64,000 nt of DNA, taken from NCBI GenBank assembly GCA_009103225.1, contig RHPI01002438.1:366750-430749 (forward strand). The letters are read 5' to 3'. The notes beneath the pieces were generated by a model that had not been told where the DNA came from, did no database searches, and saw nothing but the letters and a program-made list of their open reading frames with translations. The stretch comes from Chlorokybus atmophyticus. Taxonomy: Eukaryota; Plantae; Mesostigma and Chlorokybus algae. Positions within the stretch are counted from its first letter, which is position 1; each line of letters opens with the position of its first letter. The translations under genes were made by a program, and so were the position numbers. This document shows, in pieces, positions 10,771-22,989 of this stretch.

Positions 10771-11704
10771 AACAAGAAGAGGCTGGCCGTGCGTTGACTA
10801 ACTTGGTCAACACACAAACACATATGCACACACACATGCACAAACAATGAAGCATCTCAACTTTGTGCATACACAAACCAGAGCAAGCCTGCACAACAAG
10901 AAGGTTTACACACAGTGAGGTGGAATACCAGATCAAAGGGCGTGGCGGCGAGGGAAGAAGCATTGTGGGAAGAGAGACGGCGGCGGCGCCTTCGGAAACA
11001 AGACTACAACTGCAACAACCTTGACGCCCACATGCACACAACCGGCGTGGACGAGGGTTTCATAATGTGACACCCTGTCAAATCTCAGCCCATTGCTGAC
11101 AGCCTAGTGCGTCGGCAGAGGACTGAGAATTGACAGTCGCAAAGTCACCCCCGACGCTGCCGCCCACGCCGCTGATACTGCCGCCGACCACGCCGCCCGC
11201 AACTCCAAACCCTAATTCGTACCCGATCGGTCCTGTTGAGCGATTTTCTACTACCTGACACCCGCCTCTCAAATTGAGAGGCATGTGAGGGGTGTAACAG
11301 CTGGCCAAACGGCTGTTTGCTCAACTTGGTGCAAATAGGCTGCAATTTTTGCTGATTGTGGCGGTGAGTCTGACAAGCCTGAGTTGATGGGTAGCCCTGA
11401 TGGGTGTCATGTCGCGGTCACCCACGCCGCCATAGCCATGGCTAGCCATGATAGAGCGCCCATGTTCTTGTGGGCAATTCCCGTGCCGCCGCCGGTGCTA
11501 GTCTTTGTTGAGGAAGTCCCGTGCCGCCGCCCTCGCCGGTAAGCAGCTGATGGTCACGTGCGCTTGGAAGCGCTTGCTTGCTTGGTTTGTTTGCTTGCCT
11601 GAACATCTGTGCGTGTGCCGGTGTGTGTGTGTGTGTGTGTGCATGTGTGTGTGTGTGCATGTGTGTGTGGGTTGGGCTTGTGTTGTTACTTCTCGTGGTT
11701 GGGG

Positions 11705-11890
11705 GAAAACGCTGGGGCAGCCTCGTGCGTAAGGCCTCTCGGACCTTCCCTGCGCCCTTGCACAAGTTGGTTTGGGGAAAACGCTGGGGCAGCCTTGTGC
11801 GTAAGGCCTCGGTGTCCTTCCCTGTGCCCTTGCACAAGTTGGTTGGCGCAAAACGCTGGGGCAGCCTCGTGCGTAAGGCCTTGGTGTCCA
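11705..11890 (-). repeat. Three approximately 76-bp tandem units carrying the same 23-bp core in inverted orientation to 9098-9345
   Basis: GGGGCAGCCTCGTGCGTAAGGCC is the exact reverse complement of the 9.1-kb core (one copy has a C>T change). Confidence 0.9.
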
Positions 11891-12749
11891 GGTTGCATAG
11901 TTGCATTCTTCTTGTAAATGCGTCTGCAGTTGTGATGGTTGTGGGTGAGATGCTGCTACTACTACCAGTGGGGCTCGCAACATCCACACGAGTGTGGAAT
12001 TCGTAAGCCACATTAGCAGTAGTAGTTGACAACTACGGAGCTACAACTACTAGTTGTAGCTCCGCCTAAACAGATGTTTGAGTTATTTATTCTTTATTAT
12101 CACATACGCAATTTAGTACACTATAGTACACGAATGCAACATTATTCATTGTCATCTTTGTGCTTGTGACAGGCGGCATTTATTATGGTAGGTCGGAGAC
12201 AGAGTCGTGAGTCGTGACTGGTGTAGGTTGGAGAGTTGAGAGTCGTGAGTCGTGACTGGTGTCCGATCAGCACATTTGCTGACGTGTCCAGCAGAATGCA
12301 CAATCGATTCCATACGCACGGCAATACCCTACGCAGTGCTTGTTGCTCATGGTGTTGGCGGCGGCGACGGCGGCGGTAGGTGAGCGGCTGCTAGCGGCAC
12401 ACTTGTTTGTCTCACTGTGCTGCTATCGGTTTCATGCTCAATTCCTCATGACCATAAAGCACAGCTTTCTTGTAGACATGCAGGCAAGGTTCATGCATGC
12501 ACTGGCATTTGCCTGCTAGATTGCTATTCGGCTGGACTAAGTCATGTTCAGCAGGCAGGGAGCTGAACGACGTGCTTCGGCAAGGTAAAGTACGGTTTGC
12601 TTGATGTGTGAAGCACATGCACATATTTAAGCAACTGCAGTCAACTGAGGCAGTTAACTGAGGTTTCTGGTTGAACAATGTTGCGGTTGTGCACAGCTTG
12701 ACAAGCAGTTTGACCTACTAGTTTGACCTACTCAATACACCGGTGGAGC

Positions 12750-15430
12750 AGTGGTCATGTCAGGCACGACGTCTGGTGGGCGGTCTAGCGACCTGAGTGG
12801 AGGTTGGGAAAACTTGAACGATGAGATCTGGGGCAAAAGTGCTGGTGCACCATCAGATGAGCAGCTCCAGCGTGAGTGGGAAAAATCTGAGGAGACGGCT
12901 CACCTCCGCGACCTTGAGACCACAGCAATGATGCCCTTGAAAGTGAGCTTACAATGATGTGCAAGTATCCACTGTCGATATCAGCATGTGCTGCCGGAGT
13001 CTGTCTCGATTTCTGTTGTTTGCACAAGCAACTCACACTGTTGATATTGTTGTAATAGAGCTGTAGTATGCAATACTTGCACTGTGCAGGCACTAAAGGT
13101 TCTTCATTGGCGTGGCCAGCATCATACCACTGATCGCCGCGATATCATAAAGCTGGCGGACAAGGGCCGGATTTGTTATGAGTACTGTCATTTGCTACCG
13201 GGGAAGACCCAGACGAAGCAGGACCCACTTAAGTTTGCTCTTGCAGTTACATGCTGGCATCTGCTTCATCCAGAGTTCCGTCCTAAAAAGGTTGGCAAGG
13301 TTGTGAGATTGTCACCAGCTGTCATGCAACATTGTTCAAGCGTGAAGGATTTTTGCATTCGGTGGCAGTCACCACTCTGGGCCTGGTGCAGGCAAAAATG
13401 ATAATTTAGGACTTTCTTACCCACAAAAAGACATATACCAACGCCAAGCACAAAGAAAGGCAGAGACAGAAGAGTAGGGAACGTTACAAGGAGATGATAG
13501 AGCGCGCTGAAGCAGGGGGGTTTGAGCGAAATCGCAAGGGAGCGCCCAGGGACAAGAACAACAAGGTGTGTGCCATGCAGTGACTGAGTTGTCTGTGCAA
13601 TGTTTGCATGTCTTAAGTGCCTTTGCCATGTGCATAATTGCAGGTCACAGACAAGTCAAAGGCAAGAGACAGCTCCTCGCTGCACCACTCTGCCAGCGAC
13701 GCCGAGAATGCCACCTCACAAGGCGAGCTACGGTTTGGTAAATGACTATGTTGAGAACGAAACGCTTTGTGTTTGATGGTGCCTTATGTATGCAGGGTGT
13801 GAGGTGTGTATGATAGTCCCTTGTGCATACACGGCGCCCACGCGTTCACCTCCCGCCAGCAACGCCAGCGACGACCGAAATGTCACCTCGCAGCGTGAGC
13901 CATGTTTTGCGCGTGTGGGCCGCTGCGGGAGGTACTGTGTATACATTGTTTTGATCGGTGCCTTGTGCGTGCGATAGGTAACAAGGAAGGCATTGCGCCA
14001 CAACCCACAAGGTCACCCGCTACTGGTTCACAGGTTAGATGTCTGTCATCACTACACGAGCAGCCAAATGCTTGTACTCTCCTGTACATGTCATCATGAC
14101 CGTTCATGACTGTTGTGTTCAGGCACCTGTCAAACAGGATGCTGATGTGCGTGATACCAGCTTAGCTCTCAAGGTATGCAACAACAACTGGAGCAAGTAT
14201 CTAACAAGCATATCAGTTTTTGCAACAGAAACCGCACCACATGTAGACGCAGGACGCCGCGAATGTCATGGAGCTCATGAAAGAGAAGGAAGGCAGAGGG
14301 CAAGGGAAGCGCAAAGTGTCTAGTGATGTACGCACCACTCTGCTTCACAACGAATGGCATAGCATTACGTTGTGGCTCACAATATGATGTGTATGCTGTT
14401 GGCAGGAGACTGAGGTGTCAAGCCCCCAAAAGAAAGCAAAGACTGTTCGCTCAATTCCGGCTCCCTACAAGTCTAAGGAGGCAGGCCCCTCGACTGGCAA
14501 GCAGGAGAAGATGTTGGATCAAAAGAGGGGCAAGCAAAAGGAGGTATGAAGGACCATCTATGTGCGCTTATAGGCTTTTTGGGTCCTTCTGGTGGCAGAA
14601 AAACTGTCACTGCAGCAGACTCGCATGCATGCCTATCAATTGTAAGCTTGATAACACGGCGTGCCACCTGGTTGCACAGGATGAGCCATCGTATTCAGAA
14701 GTATCCGAGACAGACAAAAGCGAGGACAACAATGAAGATGGCGCCAAAGACGATGCGAACAGCCCCAACGACAGCGACAACGACTCCCAAAAGGCAGGGT
14801 TTTTTGCAAGCGCTATACAGGAGAGTGCATCCGTGTATGCGTTTGCCAGTTGATGTGTTTGTCACTTGCATGTGCAGGAAGGCCTGAGCGACAAGGATGA
14901 CACTGCACCGACGATGAAGGTTGGTGATGAAGTCAAGTTGTTCATCGATGGGCGCAAGGAGCCAATAGGGGAGGCGCACGTAAGCGATATCAAGCCCGTC
15001 AACAAGTTTTATGGCAAGAAGATTTGAGAGGGTAACACGGTGGTCCAGTTCAGCCGCAGTCTTCACATCACTAGGACCAGACGTCCTGGTGCAGGGGAAG
15101 AAGAGGTTGTGCCTCTGCCAATCAGATTTAAGCGTGATGGGGTTGGAGTGCAAGTGACCCACTTGAGAGGTGAACAATGATTGCGTGCTAATTGTGCGTG
15201 CGTTATGACAACACACTGCGTCTGATGTATTCATGTGTGGTTGATGCATGTGCAGGGTGCGAGGCGGGGTTGTTGCTACTTTGGCCTACTAGGTTGATGA
15301 AGACCATCAAGGTGAGGGAGCTGCCAGCAAAGGAAGGCACATCCACACCGCGGGGGAGAGGCCATGGGAAGGGGAGTCGGGGTGGTCGAGGTGGTCGGGG
15401 TGGTCGGGGGCAAAGCAGCAGGAAGTAGAT
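12750..15430 (+). pseudogene. EnSpm/CACTA ORF2-like accessory gene (decayed, multi-exon)
   Basis: Exon near 14875-15170 reads VKLFIDGRKEPIGEAHVSDIKPVNKFYGKKI*EGNTVVQF, resembling the C-terminal domain of plant CACTA second-ORF proteins. Acidic and RGG-rich exons; lies just inside the terminus at 16140. Confidence 0.45.
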
Positions 15431-15899
15431 ATTGCTGCAGGAGATTTCCACCTGCAAGTGCAGCTCTGGGTAGCAGACATACATTGTGGACAGCATTGAA
15501 TGTGTTGTTGTAAGTCGGCTGCCATTCAGCTGACATTGCTGGGCTGGCTGGACGGACTGCTGTGAATATGATCGGTAGCACTGCATATATCGGTCTTGTT
15601 CAACTCAATATCACTTGAACATCCATAGTAACATTGACGGTCGTAAAACAGCACCTTACCATTGTTCCACTTCATTGCCATTGAATAACTACTCACATGT
15701 GGGACTTAGTGTGCAGGCTAGATTACTATGAGTATTTAAACAATACATGCGTGCATATTCAGTGGTGTAGTACAGTTGCAGCACCACACCATACAGGGTA
15801 AATATCCAACTCTACTGCAAGTGAAAGTTTTGGGTGACTGTAAGTGGTGGTGTAGTACAGGTGCAGCACTACACCATACAGGTTGTTTGTACAGCTCCA

Positions 15900-16140
15900 C
15901 TGCAAGTGAATCAATGCCCCACATATAGGACTAGTGTGCAATCTCATTGCCACAGGCATATTCACCGACAATAACATTGAACAGGCTTTAACACCTTTAA
16001 GACCAAATGGTCTGAATATTCACCTCGACATGCAGGAGCCAGGGACGCCGTATTCTAGGCTATTCACCCCTGTTTTTGTTGACTATTCAGACCAAACAGT
16101 CTGAAAATTTTGGAATCGGGGGGGCTCAGAATTACCGGTG
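15900..16140 (+). mobile_element. Right terminus and subterminal repeats of an EnSpm/CACTA-type element
   Basis: Reverse complement begins CACCGGTAATTCTGAGCCCCCCCGATTCC, 24/29 identical to the terminus at 46177. Clustered TATTCA/GAATAT motifs; cuts the Crypton frame. Confidence 0.75.
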
Positions 16141-17950
16141 CCAGCAGTGGTATCCTATAACAGCAACAGCCTCAATGTCTTCCGCAATAGCTTCAATCTG
16201 CATAGAGAGCACGGATGCATGCCATATACCTTGTCCACTGCAGAAAGCTTCTCCTCAATCCAAGGAAAGAACTGCTTCGCCAAGGCGGGTGGTGGCTCCA
16301 TGCAGTCTCGAGGCTGAACATGTGATCTCGCATCCGTAGAGAATCCCGCCAAGCATAAGCCAACAGGTGCAGTGATGCTATCGATGTACGACATAACCAT
16401 GCTCTTAAGCGCCACATTATCATGCCACCGTCCTCCCTTGCCAATTTCTTCTTGCAACACCCTACAAGCGGAAGAGGTTGGGCACTCAACTTGTATCAAG
16501 CGAGCTTGATCATATGCTTACCCATGTAGACTGCAATGCAATGCTGTAGATACGCATAGTGAGTGCAGCATCTTCCCGGTCCGTATATCACACTTATAGA
16601 ACATCTGCTTTGCGAACTCGCAATGCGCCCCCGGACTAATTTGCTGCGTTCTTGTCTCATCTCCCTTCGAATAAATCAGCAGAGTGTCGAATCCTGGTGT
16701 AACGCTTGGCGCGTGCGCGAGCATGTCACTCACGGCCAAGCATGCTTACATTATTGCAGCACACATGTTGACAACACGGTACCAACAACACCCCTTATAT
16801 TATTAAAGATACACAAGGCCTAAACCATATTATCGTACCATGCTTTGGGATCGTTTAGGTCGGGGGGTTCTTCGTGCAGATGGTGAAACCGCAACCACAG
16901 CCATTTGGCTATGGCACTCAACGCATCTGTGCTTTTATCACGGCCACGAAAGCAAAAGGCATACTCCCAAGGTCCGGTCTGTCAACCACTACCGTAAGCA
17001 TTGTTGGTAAGCGGCATGTACAACTTGTCACACCTAAGCGAATGCTGTAATTGCATGTTGACGAGTCTTGTAACTGCATGTTGACACCTCATACCTAATT
17101 GCGTTTGCCATCGCGTGTCACAACTCACAAGCAAAACATGCGATCAGGTTCAGTTGCAGATGTCGGCAACCGCAAGCCGAATATGTAACTGAAACGGATT
17201 AATCTGCCATCATCGCCGCGTAAGATTGCTTGACGCATCAAGAGCATCAATGCCTTGCTCAAGTGACCTTCAGCCTTTAACATCATGGTGATCAAGCCAC
17301 ACGCGGATGCAAGCACATGACAGCTATGCCACTCGCCTGTACATGTGGTCACAGGCATCATAATCAATGCACATGTACAAGTGCAACGATAAGCGCCGAA
17401 ACTGGTATGCAGAGAGCGTGTCCGCAGCTGCATTACGAGCGGGATCCACAAAATGCCAACATGACAAAGTGATATCTCTGTACAATGTACAATGCAGTAC
17501 GTCATGTACAACTTGGCTTGCTTACTTCTTGCGCCTGACGTCTTCTGTCTGGTACAGATTGCGGGCAATACTGTGTATGGTTTCATGCCTTGACAAGTTC
17601 TCACCAAGGTTGAGGTAGAACTCGCCCTCCACTTCATTTTGGCATCTTGTAGTCCAGCCAGGTTTGTCTTGATTAAAAAATGGTCAACTAGCAGGCAAGC
17701 ACAGAATGTCACACGGAACTACGAACCATATGTCGATGACATTGATAGTTAGACCAACATCACTTCGAAGCAGTCTCACCAACTGCGCACGCCCAATGCG
17801 ATTGTTCAAACGCCACGCAATAAATTTTGCCACTCGTAATGTGCGGTATTGGCCTCACACGCGCCCCACTCTCAATGGATTGCTGAGCACATTAAGCCTA
17901 TAATAAACAGCAAGTTGGATACACCATACCTACATTGTAAGACGAGACAT
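16141..17950 (-). pseudogene. CryptonF/Ndc10-like tyrosine recombinase (intron-containing, decayed)
   Basis: ILRGDDGRLIRFSYIF; EYAFCFRGRDKSTDALSAIAKWLWLRFHH..EPPDLNDPKAWYD; KMLHSLC; GGRWHDNV...MVMSYIDS...LAGF...R...PPPALAKQFFPWIEE. Confidence 0.85.
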
Positions 17951-18660
17951 GGCGCTTTGCCAACTGATCAACTTCGTCGTAAATTTTACATAGTGACTGA
18001 CAAGGGACTGAGGGATTGACGGGTGCCTGACCCTACCTGACGTAACGAATTGGTCTATAAAGGGACTTTTTAGGACGGCCGTTACTATTAAGCAACATAT
18101 ACCTACGGCAAGCGGTCGACCGATAAGTACAATCGGCGGCGGCCTGCCTGTGACGGCAACACTGCACATTAAGGTGACGGCCGATTGTCGATCGTCCCAT
18201 CTGCGAGATGGCGACCTATCTGTATAGCAGATAAGTCATGTTTTGGTCACATATAGTGACAACCGACCGTCGGTCATACCCTGACCGTCGAAAAGTATGC
18301 GCGACGGCCTGCATATTTTGACAAGCCAGTTATTTTTAATCCCTATCACGTGACCTTACCGCGTTTATTAGGTGACGGCCGATCGCCGGTCGTGCACTTA
18401 ACGCGGCAGCGACCTACTTAATGTGTGTCAAGCATGATAAGCAAGTGACCGCCGGTCCCTAAATGTCGGCAAGTCGGGACGGTGGGACCGGCCGGCAAGT
18501 TGAGACGCGGGTACAATGCAGCCGCCGTACTATGTGAATGGTACGAACAGTGCCATTGTCGCACTATCGTACCATACCAATGGTACGATAGTGCTATTGT
18601 GCCAATAGTACTTTCGTTCTTACCATTATAATAATACGATAATGTCGTTGCGAGTCACGT
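17950..18660. repeat. Cluster of short direct and inverted motifs (GGTGACGGCCGAT, GCGACCTA, TGGTACGATAGTGC palindrome)
   Basis: Two AGGTGACGGCCGAT...GCGACCTA units near 18172 and 18370; hairpin GCACTATCGTACCA...TGGTACGATAGTGC near 18561-18594. Confidence 0.6.
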
Positions 18661-19094
18661 TTTGACAACGCGTTTGAATAACTTGGGCTGCCCAAATGAT
18701 TCAAACGCTTAACGGCTTCAAGTTGAACAGAGCGTTAAAGGCGGCGGCGGTGATGGCGGCGGCGGCGGCGGCGACGGCTAACAGTAGGTGAGCTTGGTTG
18801 CTGTCTGACGTTATACTACGCGCAACACCGCATGCCATCTAACCACCCTCCTTGCCTTAAGGCGGCCAAGCGAGGCCAAGCTAGGCTCGATCAAGCTAGG
18901 CGGCGGCAGCGGCGGCGGAGAAGGAACGGCGGCGGCGGCGGCGGAGCTGGAGCGGGCGGTGCAGGAGCTGCAGCTCAGTACAAGGGTAATACTAGCAGTA
19001 GTACCTAAGGTAGTAGTAGCAGTGGTGGTAGCAATAGTAGTAGGTAGTCTAATTGTACTAGCAGTAGTAGTAGTAGCTCAGTATACTATATTGT

Positions 19095-19150
19095 AATTTA
19101 TTTGTTTATTTATTTGTTTATTTATTTGTTTATTTATTGATTTATTTATT
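19095..19150 (+). repeat. (ATTT/GTTT)n AT-rich tract
   Basis: Read directly from the sequence. Confidence 0.8.
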
Positions 19151-21239
19151 ACCTTTTGCGCATTCTTGCACAGCTAATGACGACAATCGCATGTGACACC
19201 AAATCATAACTGAGCGGTACCAGCAGGTACTTTGAAAGGTACACATCATTAATGGTAGGTACCTTAAGGTACCTGACAATTTCGGTCAATTAGCGTACAG
19301 TCGCCGATTCTTAACTGGTAGGTACCGGTCAGTAACTTGTTAGTTAGGTCAAGTCCCCTTTGCTTAACTGTTGAGTACCTGACAGGTACTTATTAATTGG
19401 GGTCAGTCCCTTTATGCCGATGGCCGCCAACTAATGGTGGCGGCCGTTATACTCAGATCCCTGTATCGAGATCGCCGGTAGACTGAAGGTCGACAATTTA
19501 AATGAGTATCCTCAGGTGCACGGCCGTTGAATATTCAGTCGGCCGGCAGAGGAAACATTTTGCGACGTTACCATAAATTGCCTGACTTTCTAATGGTAGT
19601 TGCGTGCAGTCTCTTCCGGACACTTTTCTTCTCTGCGCAGGCGCGCGCAAGTGCGATCATCTTATCGCGCACTCACCCTAATGACACCCCACCACTTGGT
19701 AAGTAGACACACAGTACACGTGTTGGTAAAACTGATGCATGCATGTGCACTTACAAACCAGCAAACTCGGGTTCTGTCTCATGCACTCTACCTCCATTGT
19801 CGCCTGCTACCATCACTGCAAGGAGGTCATGATCGGTAGCGATTCGTTCACCTTGTGTCTTGATACTGTTAACTTATCCATGTTAAAAAGATCGATGACT
19901 GCACGCCAGTTACAATATCCTCATGGCCCTTGCCCTACTATTAATCAACAAACAACAACACGAGAATCAGTGTGCAAGAAGTAACAAGTCACTTTAATCC
20001 AAGCGCTAACTATTGCATTGCATGCATGCTGACCATACCCATGCCTGCCTCTTCGAGTTGGCGTTCTGATTGAGGCTCTGCGTGCGCCATGATCAGTCAA
20101 CATGCTTTTTATCAGAGCATGCACCAAGTGCATCAAGCACCTTCGGCAGCCTCGTTATGCCTGTGCTCGCGTTCTGGCGATGCATCTTCGCTGTGCCGTT
20201 CAGCATTAGGCTCTGCACACACAACAGCAATCAGCATATTGTTGCACGCTGCCAACATCAACAGCACCCAGCACCTTTGGAGGCCTGATGACGCCTGATG
20301 ACGCCTGATGACGCCTTTTCCCATGATCTGTCGCAGAATCTGCACTGTGGAGTTCACCTTGAGCCTCTGCATACACGACAACCATGAACATGTCGTTGAA
20401 CGTTGCATGACACAAGTGTCTGCCAACACCTTCAGCAGCCTGGTTATGCCTTAGCTCATGGTCCGATATGCCACCCTCTGCGTCGCTTTCACCTTGGGGC
20501 TCTGCGTGCACGACTTCTCATAACAAGCCATCATCATCTCACAGGCACACTCAGCAACATGAGTACACATCCTTCGCTGATTGATCATGCTCTTGCCCGC
20601 GGTCGTGCTCTTGTGGCCCTTGCTGCCTCTGATCAGTCTCATGGGGATGAGCTCATAATCACAACATTGGTTAAGCAGCTGCACAAGCACACGCACATAG
20701 ATTGCACAACAACTGCAGCCAGGCATATAGCATCACAACCTACCAACGTTGCTCCATGCTGTGTGCACACCCCTCCCCAAAACGCGTTGCACTCCCCGCC
20801 CTCTCCCTCCCCGTCCCCTCCCCTCATTCTCCTCTCTATCCCCTCCCCTCCCTCTCCCTCTCCCTCCACCTCCCCTTCCCCTCCCCTCAGTCTCCTCTCC
20901 CTCCCCTCTACATACACAAACCAGAGCAAGCCTGGACAACAAGAAGGTTTACACACAGTGAGGTGGAATACCAGATCAAAGGGCGTGGCGGCGAGGGAAG
21001 AAGCATTGTGGGAAGAGAGACGGCGGCGGCGCCTTCGGAAACAAGACTACAACTGCAACAACCTTGACGCCCACATGCACACAACCGGCGTGGACGAGGG
21101 TTTCATAATGTGACACCCTGTCAAATCTCAGCCCATTGCTGACAGCCTAGTGCGTCGGCAGAGGACTGAGAATTGACAGTCGCAAAGTCACCCCCGACGC
21201 TGCCGCCCACGCCGCTGATACTGCCGCCGACCACNTCCA

Positions 21240-22100
21240 ACAAGACTTCCTCTACCATCGTCCTGCACTCCATCTGCACCTAAACATCACCCTTAATCAT
21301 GTGGCAATAAAAGCAATAACTGGACAGCTGAAATGAGTGAGAAAGAGGTGTATCACGACTTCACCTGTTGCATTTGTCCTACCACCATCTTCGTTTCTAG
21401 CACTTGCTGCGCGCTGCTCACCAACATTGCCTTGCGTTGTACTTATGACACAATCTTGGATGAGTAGATGAGCAGACACAAGCACACCACCACACACGCG
21501 CGCACACACGCACACGCACGCGCACGCGCACGCACACGCACACGCACGCGCACGCGCACACGCACACGCACACGCGCACGCGCACACACGCGCGCTCGTG
21601 AAAACGCACAGCAAGCACACACAAATATACGCACAACATACACATGCCCACATAGTCAACTTGCAAACAAAACCACACATACACGCGCGCATTGAAAACA
21701 TGAACAGATGCGCGCAGTCATACACATGCACATGCACATACACATGCACAGACCATGAACAGACGCATACAGTCATACGCAAGCCTACAAACAAACACAC
21801 GAACAGACTCGCTAGCGCACGCAGAGTTGGCACACATGCACATGAACACGGACAAACAAACAAACACGCGCGCGCGCATGACGCTGCAGTCACGCACTCA
21901 TAAGCACACAGGCACAACAAACACACATGCACATACACGCACAAAAACAATCAGACGCACACACACGCGCACAAACTCCCATAAAACGCATGCTTACAAA
22001 CACAAGCTTCTGCTTACCAGCATCTGCCTCCCCCTCACGCCTTCGCTTGCGTGGTCGGCGCACATGCTCCCCCACCCTGCTCACAGTACTGACAGCCATA
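21240..22100 (-). CDS. Hypothetical spliced gene, broken at the single-N assembly join at 21235
   Basis: Exon-like segments MAVSTVSRVGEHVRRPRKRRREGEADAG and DCVISTTQGNVGEQRAASARNEDGGRTNAT with GT-AG borders around a (CA/CG)n microsatellite intron. Confidence 0.3.
21480..21600 (+). repeat. (CA/CACG/CG)n compound microsatellite
   Basis: Read directly from the sequence. Confidence 0.9.
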
Positions 22101-22989
22101 GGCCGCTGGCCTAGGCAGAAGCAGGCCGGCTGCCTAGGTCAGCCAGCCCCAGCTGCAGCGTCTCCAACCCGCTCGTCGCGGACAAACCCACTGATGCCCA
22201 CTGTCATCAACAACATGCCACAAGGTGGCAGGCTGTGCCGCACAAGCACGGCGCACAAGTTGTGCGCCGCCGTAGGCTCATTTAAGGTAATTTGACTAGA
22301 CGCCCGTCCATTGCCCTGCCGCACCCACCGTAGGCTACTTCCGGGTATGCTCTTGTTACGTTACGCAGTCGCTGTAACCCAGTGCCGGTGTTCCGATTAC
22401 GTCCGTTTAGTTACGCTCAGCGTAGGTAACTGACTTACGCTAGGCTTGCATTATTTGGGCTGGGAGAAAAGGCGGCTGCATTGCTGTTGGCGACGGCGGG
22501 GTGGGTGTGGTGGTGGAGCGTGTCGCTGTTGGTGCGGTTGCTGCCTCCTCTTAGCCTGCCCCTCTCTTGCTCCTCTCCCTGCCTCAGCTTGCACAGGCGT
22601 TGCTACTCTTATTTCTGCTTTGAGATAGCGTGCATTTGGTGGTTCGTTGGAGGTGAGCAATGTGGTCAGTCTAGTAAGCTAAAGTGGTGACCGTGTGTGC
22701 AGAAGGATGCATGCGCAACCGCCAACAGAATTGCATGCCCCGCACACACTCGTACGTACACAGTCGTATGTACACAGATCAGCTGCCATGCGTTGCCCAG
22801 CACACACACGTTCTGTGTGCTTGCTTGCTGCTGCATGTTGTTTGCTTTTCTACTTGTGTCTGCATGTGTTTTGTCTGACGTGTTCAAACGTCTGTTGTTG
22901 CGCAGCTGCCCAAGTAAACCCTCCAAAACACAATTAACAGTTATGTAGCACCTGGCTGCACAAGAGAGGTTTCTTCAGGCCATACATCC

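Noticed and set aside
11442-12032. Several overlapping 100-200 aa ORFs
   Set aside because: Produced by the (TG)n microsatellite and the 76-bp tandem units; no coding signal.
12119-18258. CACTATA...TATAGTG as a possible CACTA terminal inverted repeat pair
   Set aside because: Only 7 bp match and the flanks (GTA vs ACA) give no target duplication.
20283-20315. (CCTGATGACG)-type triple repeat resembling snoRNA C/D boxes
   Set aside because: Simple tandem repeat with no terminal stem or guide region.
20911-21234. 324-bp near-exact direct duplicate of 10868-11191
   Set aside because: Ends exactly at a single-N join (21235), so a misassembly or collapsed repeat is as likely as a real duplication; needs long reads.
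21297-22114. ORFs rich in CV, HT or RA dipeptides
   Set aside because: Translations of an intronic (CA/CG)n microsatellite.
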